Shown here piece by piece: positions 7,226-15,903 of a stretch of DNA of 37,331 nucleotides (position 1 is its first letter; the number at the start of each line of letters is the position of its first letter). This stretch comes from an uncultured Candidatus Saccharibacteria bacterium (GTDB lineage Bacteria; Patescibacteriota; Minisyncoccia; Minisyncoccales; GWA2-38-27), in the NCBI GenBank assembly GCA_964609075.1, contig CAZSQP010000004.1, positions 1 through 37,331 on the forward strand, in the 5' to 3' direction. Position numbers and translations under genes: made by a program. Under the pieces are notes generated by a model. It saw only the letters and a program-made list of their open reading frames with translations. It made no database searches and was not told the origin of the DNA.

Positions 7226-7324
7226 ATGAGAAACTCAAACAAAAGATTAATTATTATTATAGTTTTAGGGCTTCTCGTTATAGCGGGTTGGTCTCTCTAT
7301 TACTATTTTCTTCTTAGAATATAA
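7226..7324 (+). CDS. Possible 32-aa single-pass membrane peptide (not in the ORF track)
   Basis: Translates as MRNSNKRLIIIIVLGLLVIAGWSLYYYFLLRI: a basic N-terminus followed by one hydrophobic helix. It sits between a promoter-like element and rsmI. Confidence 0.3.
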   Translation: MRNSNKRLIIIIVLGLLVIAGWSLYYYFLLRI

Positions 7325-7327
7325 TTT

Positions 7328-7999
7328 ATGGCAAAGTTATACATTGTAGCTACTCCTATAGGGAATATGGAAGATATTACAAGAAGAGCTTTAGATGTTT
7401 TAGAAAAAGCAGATCTTGTTTTGTGCGAGGATACTAGGGTGACTAAAAAAATCTTTTTAAGGTATGGTATCAAGACGCCTCTTTTAAGTTATCATCAACA
7501 CAGTAAAGTTAAAAGAGTAGAGGAGGTTATAGAGAAATTAAGAGAAGGGAAAAATTTAGCTTTAGTTTCAGATGCTGGCACCCCAGGTATTTCAGATCCT
7601 GGCAACAAGCTTATAGAAAAAATAAAAGAAGAGCTTAAAGACAAAGTAGAGATAAAACCTGTTCCAGGTCCTTCTGCTTTGACAGCGGCTGTCTCTGTCT
7701 CCGGTTTCCCTTCAGACAGTTTTCTCTTTCTCGGTTTTCCTCCTTCTAAGAGAAAAAGAAAGGTTTTTTTTAAAAAGGTTCTAAACTCAGAATTTCCTGT
7801 TATTTTTTACGAATCTCCCCATAGGATTTTAAAAACCTTAAAAGAACTAAAAGATCTTTCTCCTGATTTAGATATTGTTCTTTTAAAAGAACTGACCAAG
7901 AAATTTGAAAAAATATGGCGAGGAAAGATAAGAGATGTTTTAAAAGAAATAGATAAAGAGAAGATAAGGGGGGAGTTTGTAGTTATAGTTAAAAGATAG
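7328..7999 (+). CDS. rsmI: 16S rRNA (cytidine1402-2'-O)-methyltransferase
   Basis: 223-aa ORF. LYIVATPIGNMEDITRRALDVLEKADLVLCEDTR and SDAGTPGISDPG are typical RsmI/tetrapyrrole-methylase-fold motifs. Confidence 0.85.
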   Translation: MAKLYIVATPIGNMEDITRRALDVLEKADLVLCEDTRVTKKIFLRYGIKTPLLSYHQHSKVKRVEEVIEKLREGKNLALVSDAGTPGISDPGNKLIEKIKEELKDKVEIKPVPGPSALTAAVSVSGFPSDSFLFLGFPPSKRKRKVFFKKVLNSEFPVIFYESPHRILKTLKELKDLSPDLDIVLLKELTKKFEKIWRGKIRDVLKEIDKEKIRGEFVVIVKR

Positions 8000-8022
8000 C
8001 TTCTTGATGAAGAGTCCCTTTT

Positions 8023-8031
8023 TGCTATAAT
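8023..8031 (+). promoter_or_regulatory. Extended -10 promoter element TGcTATAAT (leaderless-type)
   Basis: It ends 6 nt before the ATG at 8038. Confidence 0.4.
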
Positions 8032-8037
8032 AAAGCC

Positions 8038-8250
8038 ATGCAGGAAGGAATAAACCATAGAGAATATAATATAAAGGGAGCTTCTTACCAGGATTCTGTT
8101 GGAAAATGGGTTCCTCAGGCTATGATATCTCCTATTAACAGATCGGAAGAGGAAAAGCCTGTTACCTGGCAGAGGAAATTTGAGAGCAAAACAAAAGCTG
8201 ACGCTTTTGCTACTCAAGGCGCTATTCTATACATAGACAATAATTTATGA
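8038..8250 (+). CDS. Hypothetical small protein
   Basis: 70-aa ORF that overlaps the next gene by 4 nt (ATGA). I cannot assign a family confidently. Confidence 0.45.
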   Translation: MQEGINHREYNIKGASYQDSVGKWVPQAMISPINRSEEEKPVTWQRKFESKTKADAFATQGAILYIDNNL

Positions 8251-8792
8251 AAATATCCAGAGAATTACCTCAATTTGATACAGAAAGAGCTATTTTTGTG
8301 GTTACCGGGAAACAGGAAGCCAAGTTTTATCTTGTTAATAAGGGAAAGATAAAGGAAATAGACTCTTTTAAGATAGAAAAACCCAGATATTCTGATAGAG
8401 AGGGATGGTTTAAAAGAAGAGTAAGAGGGTTTGTTATGGGATCTGGAGCTCCTTTAGAACCCAAGAAGCAAAAGATTATCAAGGACTTTTTAAAAAAACT
8501 CGAGAAGAATCTTAAAGGAACTCTTTCTAAAAATGAGGTAGATTCTATATATATCTTCTCTCCTCATTATCTTCTGTCCAGAGTTAAAAAAACTCTTCCT
8601 AGTTCTGCTAAAAAGAAACTAGAGATGACTATAGACGGAGAATACTATTTTCAGCATCCTTTTGAGCTTCTTGAAAAGATATCCTTAAAGAAGGAAGAGA
8701 AGAAAAAACCTAAAACAGAAGAAGCTAAAAAGCTTTTAAATAAATTCAAACAGGCTACCAAAGTGATAAAGGGCAAGCCTCCAAAAGAATAA
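8247..8792 (+). CDS. Hypothetical protein, possibly host-attachment/baeRF (eRF1-like) family
   Basis: 181-aa ORF. AIFVVTGKQEAKFY near the N-terminus, a central DREGWF and IYIFSPHYLLSRVKKTL resemble my recollection of the Host_attach/baeRF layout. The C-terminal tail is lysine-rich. Confidence 0.35.
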   Translation: MKISRELPQFDTERAIFVVTGKQEAKFYLVNKGKIKEIDSFKIEKPRYSDREGWFKRRVRGFVMGSGAPLEPKKQKIIKDFLKKLEKNLKGTLSKNEVDSIYIFSPHYLLSRVKKTLPSSAKKKLEMTIDGEYYFQHPFELLEKISLKKEEKKKPKTEEAKKLLNKFKQATKVIKGKPPKE

Positions 8793-8796
8793 TTTT

Positions 8797-9975
8797 GTGA
8801 AAAAATACAGCTGTTTCCTTCTAATTATCCTGTTTTTAGCAACAGCAATAGGAGTTGCTGATTTTTTAAGTTATCCTAAAAAATATCTTGCTAGCTCGGG
8901 CATGACTTTTTTAAATCAGAAACTTTTCCTTTCTAGTATAGATAAGATATTTCTTTCCTCTATAGAAGAAGAGAATGAAAAAGAGTTTGATCCTAAAACC
9001 GTTAGAGCAGTCTATTTTACCAGTTGGTCTGCTGGAAATTACTATCGTGTTGAAAGTTTAATTAATACGGCAGAGAAAACAGATATAAATGCTGTAGTGA
9101 TTGATATTAAAGATTATACCGGCCAGATAGGATATAAGAGTAATTTAGCTGAAGCTGAAGAATATGGAGCTGTTGTTAGAAAGATTTATAATATAGAAGC
9201 TTTATTGGAAAAGTTTCATGAAAAAGGAATTTATGTGATAGGAAGGATTACTGTCTTTCAAGATCCTGTTTTAGCCTCTGCCCGTTCAGATCTTGCTATT
9301 AAGAGCAAGTCTAAATTAGCTTCTCTAGGCGGTTTTAGCTCTCTTTGGCTGGATAGGTCCCGACTTTTCTGGCTGGATCCTTCTTCCAGAGAAGTTTGGG
9401 ATTATAATATAAATATAGCGAGAGAAGCTGTAGAGTTTGGTTTTGATGAAATAAACTTTGACTATGTCCGTTTTCCTTCAGATGGCGATCTCTCTGATAT
9501 GAGTTTTCCTTTATGGAAAGGAGAGAGGTCTAAAAGAGAGGTTATAAAGGAATTCTTCTCCTATTTAAGGGAGAATTTAAAAGATGTTAAAATATCAGCA
9601 GATTTATTCGGATTAGCTTCTGTAAATTATGACGATTTGGGGATAGGACAGGTCATAGAAGACGCTTTCTTGTATTTTGACTTTGTCTGTCCTATGATGT
9701 ATCCTTCTCATTATGCCACAGGTTTTCTGGGATTTGAAAATCCGGCAGAGCATCCTTATCAAGTAGTAAATCATTCTACAAAAAAGGCTTTTGAAAGATT
9801 GGAAAGAACTGAAGGAAACTCTTCTATCCGTCCTTGGCTTCAAGATTTTAACATGGGGGCTATTTACACAAGTTCTGAAGTGGAATCTCAAGTAAGAGCT
9901 ATTAAAGAAGCTTTGGGCGAAGATTATAAAGGATATATGCTTTGGAATCCTTCTAACTATTATAATATATTATGA
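8797..9975 (+). CDS. Putative TIM-barrel glycoside hydrolase (DUF4015/GHL-type), membrane-anchored
   Basis: 392-aa ORF with a GTG start and an N-terminal hydrophobic segment. Contains VRAVYFTSWSAG, INAVVIDIKDYTGQIGY and FDEINFDYVRFP. Confidence 0.55.
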   Translation: MKKYSCFLLIILFLATAIGVADFLSYPKKYLASSGMTFLNQKLFLSSIDKIFLSSIEEENEKEFDPKTVRAVYFTSWSAGNYYRVESLINTAEKTDINAVVIDIKDYTGQIGYKSNLAEAEEYGAVVRKIYNIEALLEKFHEKGIYVIGRITVFQDPVLASARSDLAIKSKSKLASLGGFSSLWLDRSRLFWLDPSSREVWDYNINIAREAVEFGFDEINFDYVRFPSDGDLSDMSFPLWKGERSKREVIKEFFSYLRENLKDVKISADLFGLASVNYDDLGIGQVIEDAFLYFDFVCPMMYPSHYATGFLGFENPAEHPYQVVNHSTKKAFERLERTEGNSSIRPWLQDFNMGAIYTSSEVESQVRAIKEALGEDYKGYMLWNPSNYYNIL

Positions 9976-10763
9976 CAGAGTCTATTATTCTAGGCGCAAT
10001 ACAGGGAATAGCAGAGTGGCTCCCTATAAGTTCTGAGGGAATGATTGTTTTAGCCAAAGTTAATTTATTCCCTGAAAGCTTAAAGATGACGGATTTAATA
10101 AGTTATGCTCTCTTTTTGCATTTGGGAACTTTCTTTGCAGCTTTAATATATTTTAGAAGAGAAGTTTGGGATCTTTTAAAAAGTCTTTTAAGATATAGAG
10201 AATCTGTCTTAGAAACTAAAAAGCAGATTAACTTTTATCTTCTAGCTACTTTTTTCAGCTTTCTCTTAGGAGCTGTTTTTTTTCTATTCTTATCTCAAGC
10301 AGAAAATATGAATTTGACTGGCAAAGGAATAACTTTGATTGTCGGAGTTATGCTTTGGATTACAGCTTTTTTACAGCTGAAGAAGAAAGAAAAAGGGAAG
10401 AAAGGATTTAAAGATTTAAAATCTTTTGACGGGGTTCTCTTGGGTCTTTTGCAGGGTCTTTCTATAATACCCGGACTTTCCAGATCCGGTATTACAGTCT
10501 CTGCTCTTTTACTAAGAAAGTTTGAAGAAGATAAAGCCTTAAAAATGAGTTTTTTGATGTCTCTGCCTGTTGTATTAGGAGGAAACATCGCTTTGAATCT
10601 GGGAAAACTCAATCTTTCTCTTGAAACTTTAGCAGCTTTCTTGTTTTCTTTCTTATTTGGAATATTAACTATTCATATCTTGCTTAAAATAGCCAGGAAG
10701 CTTAATTTCGGCCTCTTCGTCTGTTTCTTTGGAATATTAGTAGCAATATCTTTGTTAATATGA
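9972..10763 (+). CDS. uppP: Undecaprenyl-diphosphate phosphatase
   Basis: 263-aa polytopic ORF. AIQGIAEWLPISSEG and PGLSRSGITVSA are the two BacA/UppP signature regions. Confidence 0.85.
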   Translation: MTESIILGAIQGIAEWLPISSEGMIVLAKVNLFPESLKMTDLISYALFLHLGTFFAALIYFRREVWDLLKSLLRYRESVLETKKQINFYLLATFFSFLLGAVFFLFLSQAENMNLTGKGITLIVGVMLWITAFLQLKKKEKGKKGFKDLKSFDGVLLGLLQGLSIIPGLSRSGITVSALLLRKFEEDKALKMSFLMSLPVVLGGNIALNLGKLNLSLETLAAFLFSFLFGILTIHILLKIARKLNFGLFVCFFGILVAISLLI

Positions 10764-11770
10764 AAAAGATAACTTTTCCAAAAGCAGAACTTTGCCATAA
10801 AACGCCTATTGAATGGTGGTATTTTAACGGAAATTTTGGCAGATACGCTTTTATGAATTGTCTTTTCAGGGCAAATTTAAAAGAGGTAAAGCTTCCTCTT
10901 TTTTCTGGTATTCCTATTAAAACATTATATTTCGCCCATTCTCTTTTGTCAGATCTTAAAGAAAAGAAGTTCTATCCTTCAATAAAATATATTGTATCTA
11001 TTTCAGATGACAGTTTCTCAAAAGAGAAGCTTTTTATAAATTACACAGATCCTGTAGCCATAGACGGATACATTAATTCTGAAATAGTAGAAAAAGAAAA
11101 GTTTAGTTATCATTTAAAGACAGAGTCTTTGGATTTGGACTTAGAGTCAAAGAAGAAGCCTCTTTTGCAGGGAGGGAAAGGTTATTTTGAACTTGATAAA
11201 GTGAGTACTTATTACTATTCTTTAACTAATCTTCAGACAGAAGGAAAGATAAAATTAGAAGGAAAAGAGATAAAGGTAAAGGGAAAGTCCTGGATGGATC
11301 ATCAGTGGACAGAAACTAAATCCTTTAAAGATAATTGGATTTGGTTTTCCTTCCAATTTGAAGATAATAGAGAATTAGTCTGCTTTAAATACGGAGATGG
11401 AGAAAAAACCTATACTTCAGCCAGTATTTCCTATGCTAATGGGAAAGAAGGCCATACCAAGGAAGTTAGGATAATTCCTTTAAGTAAAACCTGGAAAAGT
11501 CCTAAAACAGAGAGCGAGTATACTTTGAATTGGAAAATAGAGATTCCTCCTTTTAATATTGATTTAGAGACAGAAGCTTTTATACCTAGTCAAGAAATGG
11601 TTTTTGGAAAGATAAATTATTGGGAAGGCCCTGTAAAAGTTAAAGGAGGAGTAGGCTTTATGGAGTTAGTCGGACGTCCCTCTCAGTACAGTAATTTGGA
11701 CTTTTTAAGGGACTTAGCTTTAGAAGCTGTAGGAAAAGCTAGATCTCAGTTTTTTCATAAAGATAAATGA
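10760..11770 (+). CDS. AttH/CrtC-like lipocalin-fold protein (hydroxyneurosporene synthase family)
   Basis: 336-aa ORF with IEWWYFNGNF, YYYSLTNLQTEGKI and GKSWMDHQW. Confidence 0.6.
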   Translation: MKKITFPKAELCHKTPIEWWYFNGNFGRYAFMNCLFRANLKEVKLPLFSGIPIKTLYFAHSLLSDLKEKKFYPSIKYIVSISDDSFSKEKLFINYTDPVAIDGYINSEIVEKEKFSYHLKTESLDLDLESKKKPLLQGGKGYFELDKVSTYYYSLTNLQTEGKIKLEGKEIKVKGKSWMDHQWTETKSFKDNWIWFSFQFEDNRELVCFKYGDGEKTYTSASISYANGKEGHTKEVRIIPLSKTWKSPKTESEYTLNWKIEIPPFNIDLETEAFIPSQEMVFGKINYWEGPVKVKGGVGFMELVGRPSQYSNLDFLRDLALEAVGKARSQFFHKDK

Positions 11771-11796
11771 TATCTTATTGATATAAACTTATATTA

Positions 11797-11805
11797 TGTT
11801 AAAAT
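11797..11805 (+). promoter_or_regulatory. Extended -10 promoter element TGtTAAAAT
   Basis: It ends 8 nt before the ATG at 11814. Confidence 0.4.
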
Positions 11806-11813
11806 AAAGTATT

Positions 11814-12887
11814 ATGGAAAGCTTGTTGAATATCCTAGATTATACTTTTTTTGGCAATACTATTGAAAAATACCTAATAGCTTTAGGTGTTTTTTTACTA
11901 GTTGTTGTCCTTTTGAAAATTATTAAGAGTGTAGGTATAAGGAAAATTAAGAAGTTTGCTAAAGGAACAACCACAGATATTGATGATTTAGCGGTTAGCA
12001 TTTTAGACGCTTTTGGCTGGCTCCTTTATCTCTTTTTGGGTCTTTATCTGGCTTTTCTTTTTATAGATCTCCCTTCTCTTTTAGAAAGAACTATCTCTTT
12101 TCTCCTTTTAATTGTTTTAGCTTTCTATGTTGTAAAAGCTTCTCAGAGAATTATAGATTATGGAGTAAGGAAGCTTTCTTTGAAGATGGAAGAAAAAGAG
12201 GAAGGAGAGTTTAATCCTTCTGCTATTAAACTTTTAGGAAAAATAGCTAAAGGTGTGTTATGGGGCTTTGCTGTAATATTGGTTTTACAGAATCTTGGTT
12301 ACAATGTTTCCACTTTGATTGCAGGTTTAGGTATTAGTGGAATAGCTATAGCTTTTGCTGTTCAGAATATTCTAGGGGACATATTTGCTTCGTTCTCTAT
12401 CTATTTTGACAAGCCCTTCCAGGTAGGAGATTTTATTGTTGTAGGAGACAATATGGGTACCGTTAAAAAGATAGGATTAAAATCTACCAGAATAGAAACC
12501 TTTCAGGGAGAGGAGCTGGTTTTGTCTAATAAACAGCTTACAGAGACCGGTATTCACAATTACAAGAAGATAGAAAAAAGAAGAGTTGTCTTTTCTGTTG
12601 GAGTGGATTATGCTACTCCAACAGAGAAGTTGAGAAAGATTCCTGAGATAATAAAGGGTGTTATAGAAAAAACTGATTTGGCTGAGACAGATAGAGTTCA
12701 TTTTAAAGAATTTGGCGATTTTTCTCTTAATTTTGAAGTCGTCTATTTTGCCAATACTTCAGACTATAATGAATACATGAATGCTAGAGAGAAGATTAAT
12801 TTGGGAATTAAAGAGGAGTTTGAAAAGGAGGGTATAGAGATAGCCTTTCCTACTCAGACTATCTTTTTAAATAAAGGTCAAAGCTAA
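11814..12887 (+). CDS. Mechanosensitive ion channel family protein (MscS-like)
   Basis: 357-aa ORF with N-terminal TM helices and an MscS core (GISGIAIAFAVQNILGDIFASFSIYFDKPFQVGDFI...GTVKKIGLKSTRI). Confidence 0.85.
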   Translation: MESLLNILDYTFFGNTIEKYLIALGVFLLVVVLLKIIKSVGIRKIKKFAKGTTTDIDDLAVSILDAFGWLLYLFLGLYLAFLFIDLPSLLERTISFLLLIVLAFYVVKASQRIIDYGVRKLSLKMEEKEEGEFNPSAIKLLGKIAKGVLWGFAVILVLQNLGYNVSTLIAGLGISGIAIAFAVQNILGDIFASFSIYFDKPFQVGDFIVVGDNMGTVKKIGLKSTRIETFQGEELVLSNKQLTETGIHNYKKIEKRRVVFSVGVDYATPTEKLRKIPEIIKGVIEKTDLAETDRVHFKEFGDFSLNFEVVYFANTSDYNEYMNAREKINLGIKEEFEKEGIEIAFPTQTIFLNKGQS

Positions 12888-12902
12888 TAATTTTTAAAAA
12901 AA

Positions 12903-13685
12903 ATGCTAAACAATTACTGCCAACAGCATAAAGGACTCTTTTTTGTCTGCTGGATTGTCTTTATTCTTCTTTTAGCTAGTCTTTTTATTCTTTCTGTAGT
13001 TTTAATCCAAAACGAAATAGAAAGGGGAAAGTATATAAGTCAGAATGTAGAGTCTAAAAACACCATATCTGTTTCAGAAACAGGAGAAGTCTACGCTAAA
13101 CCGGATCTAGCTTTAGTTGAACTTTCAGTAATCACAGAAAAAGCTTCTGTTTCAGAAGCTATGTCAGAGAATACAGAGTTAATGAATAATGTTATAGATG
13201 TTGTTAAAGAAGAAGGGGTAGAGGAAAAAGATTTGAAGACTGTTTCTTTCAATCTCTATCCAAGATACGATTATCTTGATTCTTACATATATCCTCCTTC
13301 TGGAAAAAGAGTGCTTACAAGTTATGAAATAAGGCAAACTTTGGAAGTTAAGATTAGGGATTTAAATAAAATAGGGCAGATTATCCAATCAGCTACAGAA
13401 ACTGGAGCTAATCAAGTTGGTCATCTTCAGCTTACTATAGACAACGAGGAAGAGTTGAAAAGTAAGGCAAGGGAAAACGCTATTGAGAAGGCAAAAGCTA
13501 AAGCAGAAAAAATGGCTGAACAGCTCGCTGTTGATTTAGGAGATATTGTCAGCTTTACGGAAAGCAGCTATGCCCCAATCTTCTATATGGAAAGGGCAGA
13601 AGGAATGGGAGGGGGATCACCCGATATTGAGATGGGAGAGAACAAAGTTGAAGTTACAGTGAACATCACCTATCAGACTAAATAA
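12903..13685 (+). CDS. SIMPL (DUF541) domain protein with N-terminal membrane anchor
   Basis: 260-aa ORF. ISVSETGEVYAKPDLALVELSV and the overall layout match SIMPL/BP26-like proteins. Confidence 0.65.
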   Translation: MLNNYCQQHKGLFFVCWIVFILLLASLFILSVVLIQNEIERGKYISQNVESKNTISVSETGEVYAKPDLALVELSVITEKASVSEAMSENTELMNNVIDVVKEEGVEEKDLKTVSFNLYPRYDYLDSYIYPPSGKRVLTSYEIRQTLEVKIRDLNKIGQIIQSATETGANQVGHLQLTIDNEEELKSKARENAIEKAKAKAEKMAEQLAVDLGDIVSFTESSYAPIFYMERAEGMGGGSPDIEMGENKVEVTVNITYQTK

Positions 13686-13700
13686 AAGATAACTTTATTT

Positions 13701-14135
13701 ATGGAGATAATTAGCAACGCTTTTGAAGATAATCAGGAGATACCTTCCAAATACACTTGTGACGGAGAGGATGTTAGTCCTCCTTTAAAGATCTTAGAAC
13801 TTCCTAAAGGATGGAAGAGTTTAGTTTTGATTATAGAAGACCCTGATGCTCCAGGAGGCGTTTTCGACCACTGGATAGTTTGGAACATATCTTCGGAGAC
13901 AATAAAAGAGGGGAGCCTTCCTGAGGGAGCTGTTGAAGGAACGAACAGTTTCGGCAAGAGATCCTACGGAGGACCTTGTCCTCCTTCAGGAACTCATAGT
14001 TATTCTTTTAAAGTTTATGCTTTGAACACTACTCTAGATCTTAGTCCCTCAGTGGGGAAAAAAGAGGTTCTATCTGCTATTGAAGGATGTGTTTTAGACC
14101 AGGCTGAACTAAAAGGTGTCTATGGCAGAGCTTGA
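13701..14135 (+). CDS. YbhB/YbcL family Raf-kinase-inhibitor-like (PEBP) protein
   Basis: 144-aa ORF with DPDAPGGVFDHW and GPCPPSGTHSYSFKVYAL. Confidence 0.85.
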   Translation: MEIISNAFEDNQEIPSKYTCDGEDVSPPLKILELPKGWKSLVLIIEDPDAPGGVFDHWIVWNISSETIKEGSLPEGAVEGTNSFGKRSYGGPCPPSGTHSYSFKVYALNTTLDLSPSVGKKEVLSAIEGCVLDQAELKGVYGRA

Positions 14136-14940
14136 TTTTTCCAGGATTTACTCTTTCTCTAAATTAAAGCTGTTTGAAAACTGTCCTAAGCTTTATCATT
14201 TTTTTTATCTAGATCCTGTTATCTCCCCAATAAAAAAGCAGTTTATAAAGCCCAGAGATTACAAGACAAAAGGTCAGGCGGTTCATGGGGCAATAACTCT
14301 TTTTTATCATCTTCCAGAAAAAGAAAGAACCTTTCCAAATCTTAAAAAGTGTTTAGCTGAGGCCTGGTTTTCAGAAGAAAATCCCTACAAAAAACCTCCT
14401 TTAGGAAAGGTGGGGGGATTTAGCAGTTTAAAAAAAGAGAGGAAGACCTATTTGGATTCTTTGGATCTCCTTAAGAATTTTTTTGAGATGGAAAAAGAAA
14501 GTCCTTCTTTATTCTTGATACCTACAGTTAAAATTAAGGATTCTTTTGAAGATTACGAAAAGATGATAAAACCCTTGAATAAGGACTTTTCTATCTCCGG
14601 TAAGTTTGACAGGATTGACAAGCTAGACGATGGTAGTTTAAGAGTAATAGATTTTAAAACGGGAAACAATGAGAGCGACCATTTTCAGCTTGAATTCTAC
14701 AAGCTTTTAGCTGAATTAAACTTTAAAACTAAAGTTAAGAAAGTTGGTTTTTACTACCTTTCTAAAAAAAAGATAAAAGAGATTGATGTTTCAGATGTAA
14801 AAAAAGAAGATTTAAAGAAAAAGGTTTTAGATAAAATAAAGGAAATAAGAGAAACAGAAACCTTTGATCCTAATCCCGGGAAGTTATGCTATCACTGTGA
14901 TTTTAAAGAGATTTGTCCTATTTATAATAAAAGGTCGTAA
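14116..14940 (+). CDS. PD-(D/E)XK nuclease, Cas4-like with canonical C...CX2CX5C pattern
   Basis: 274-aa ORF. It has FENCPKLYHFFY near the N-terminus, GKFDRID...RVIDFKTG as the catalytic core and CYHCDFKEIC at the C-terminus. The start is either GTG 14116 or ATG 14122. Confidence 0.65.
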   Translation: MSMAELDFSRIYSFSKLKLFENCPKLYHFFYLDPVISPIKKQFIKPRDYKTKGQAVHGAITLFYHLPEKERTFPNLKKCLAEAWFSEENPYKKPPLGKVGGFSSLKKERKTYLDSLDLLKNFFEMEKESPSLFLIPTVKIKDSFEDYEKMIKPLNKDFSISGKFDRIDKLDDGSLRVIDFKTGNNESDHFQLEFYKLLAELNFKTKVKKVGFYYLSKKKIKEIDVSDVKKEDLKKKVLDKIKEIRETETFDPNPGKLCYHCDFKEICPIYNKRS

Positions 14941-14946
14941 TAAAAT

Positions 14947-15270
14947 ATGGAACAAGAAAATTCTAAAAAAGAATATCCTGTAAGACTTGAAGTAGATTAT
15001 CCTCAAGAGAGCTCTAAAACCCTTGCTCTTTTGGGTATTCCTCTTTTCTTTATTAAGTCTATTCTTCTTATTCCCCACATAGTAATTCTCTATTTTCTGA
15101 ATCTGGCGCTACTGGTTATAGCTTGGTTGAGCTATTGGTTCATTCTTTTTAAGGGAAAGTATCCAAAACTCTTTTTTGACTTTATGGTTGGGGTTATGAG
15201 ATGGCAAGTAAGAGTTAATGCCTGGCTTTACAGTTTAGTGGATAAGTATCCTCCCTTTGATATAGAGTAA
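14947..15270 (+). CDS. DUF4389 domain membrane protein
   Basis: 107-aa ORF with two hydrophobic helices and a C-terminal YPPF motif, as in DUF4389. Confidence 0.55.
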   Translation: MEQENSKKEYPVRLEVDYPQESSKTLALLGIPLFFIKSILLIPHIVILYFLNLALLVIAWLSYWFILFKGKYPKLFFDFMVGVMRWQVRVNAWLYSLVDKYPPFDIE

Positions 15271-15271
15271 A

Positions 15272-15376
15272 ATGATAGATAAACTTCTTTGGCTTCTAGC
15301 ATTAATAGGAATGATCCTAGGTATAGTCTTTTTGAGTTATGTTATCTGGAGATTTTTTCAACTTTATTTAATATGA
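15272..15376 (+). CDS. Possible 34-aa single-pass membrane peptide (not in the ORF track)
   Basis: Translates as MIDKLLWLLALIGMILGIVFLSYVIWRFFQLYLI. The ATG lies 1 nt after the preceding stop, and its TGA overlaps the rdgB ATG (ATGA). Confidence 0.35.
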   Translation: MIDKLLWLLALIGMILGIVFLSYVIWRFFQLYLI

Positions 15377-15903
15377 CTCTTTTCTTTGTTACTCAAAATA
15401 AGAACAAAGTAAAAGAGTTTGGAGAGATTTTAGGTTTTAATATAAAACAGGCAGATGTGGAAGCAGAAGAAATTCAAGCTGTAGAAGTGGAGAAGGTGGC
15501 AGAGTACAAGGCAAGAGAAGCCTTTAAGAAATTGGGTAAGCCTGTTATTGTAGAAGATACAGGTCTTTATTTTAAAGAGTGGAATGGTTTACCGGGGGCT
15601 TTGGCTAAGTTTTTTGGAGAGAAACTTGGCTGGCAGGGCTTAGCAGACCTTTTAGGAGAAGAGAGAGAAGCTTTAGCTAAGACTGTAATCGGTTTTTTTG
15701 ACGGAAAAGAGTATAAAAGCTTTTCCGGTTCAATAGAGGGATCTATTTCAGAGAAGGCTTTGGGAGAAAATGGTTTTGGTTGGGATGTTATTTTTATTCC
15801 TCATGGATTTGACAAGACTTTTGCTGAAATAGAAAATAAAAACAGTATTTCAATGAGAAGAAAGGCTTTAGAGAAATTTAAAGATTTTTTAGGAAATGAG
15901 TGA
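15373..15903 (+). CDS. rdgB: Non-canonical purine NTP pyrophosphatase (RdgB/HAM1 family)
   Basis: MTLFFVTQNKNKVKEFGEIL, EDTGLYF, GLPGA and ISMRRKAL. The track ORF opens at 15289, but the first ATG in frame is at 15373. Confidence 0.8.
   Translation: MTLFFVTQNKNKVKEFGEILGFNIKQADVEAEEIQAVEVEKVAEYKAREAFKKLGKPVIVEDTGLYFKEWNGLPGALAKFFGEKLGWQGLADLLGEEREALAKTVIGFFDGKEYKSFSGSIEGSISEKALGENGFGWDVIFIPHGFDKTFAEIENKNSISMRRKALEKFKDFLGNE

Noticed and set aside
6139-14940. A CRISPR-Cas locus implied by the two Cas4-like genes.
   Set aside because: No direct-repeat/spacer array and no other cas gene is visible anywhere in the window. The nucleases are treated as stand-alone PD-(D/E)XK enzymes.
15289-15372. 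N-terminal extensions of several track ORFs that lack an ATG: 15289 (rdgB), 20014 (DUF5652-like) and 36683 (cobO).
   Set aside because: The extensions overlap the preceding genes or a better small ORF and carry no homology-like sequence. In each case the first in-frame ATG gives the expected family N-terminus.
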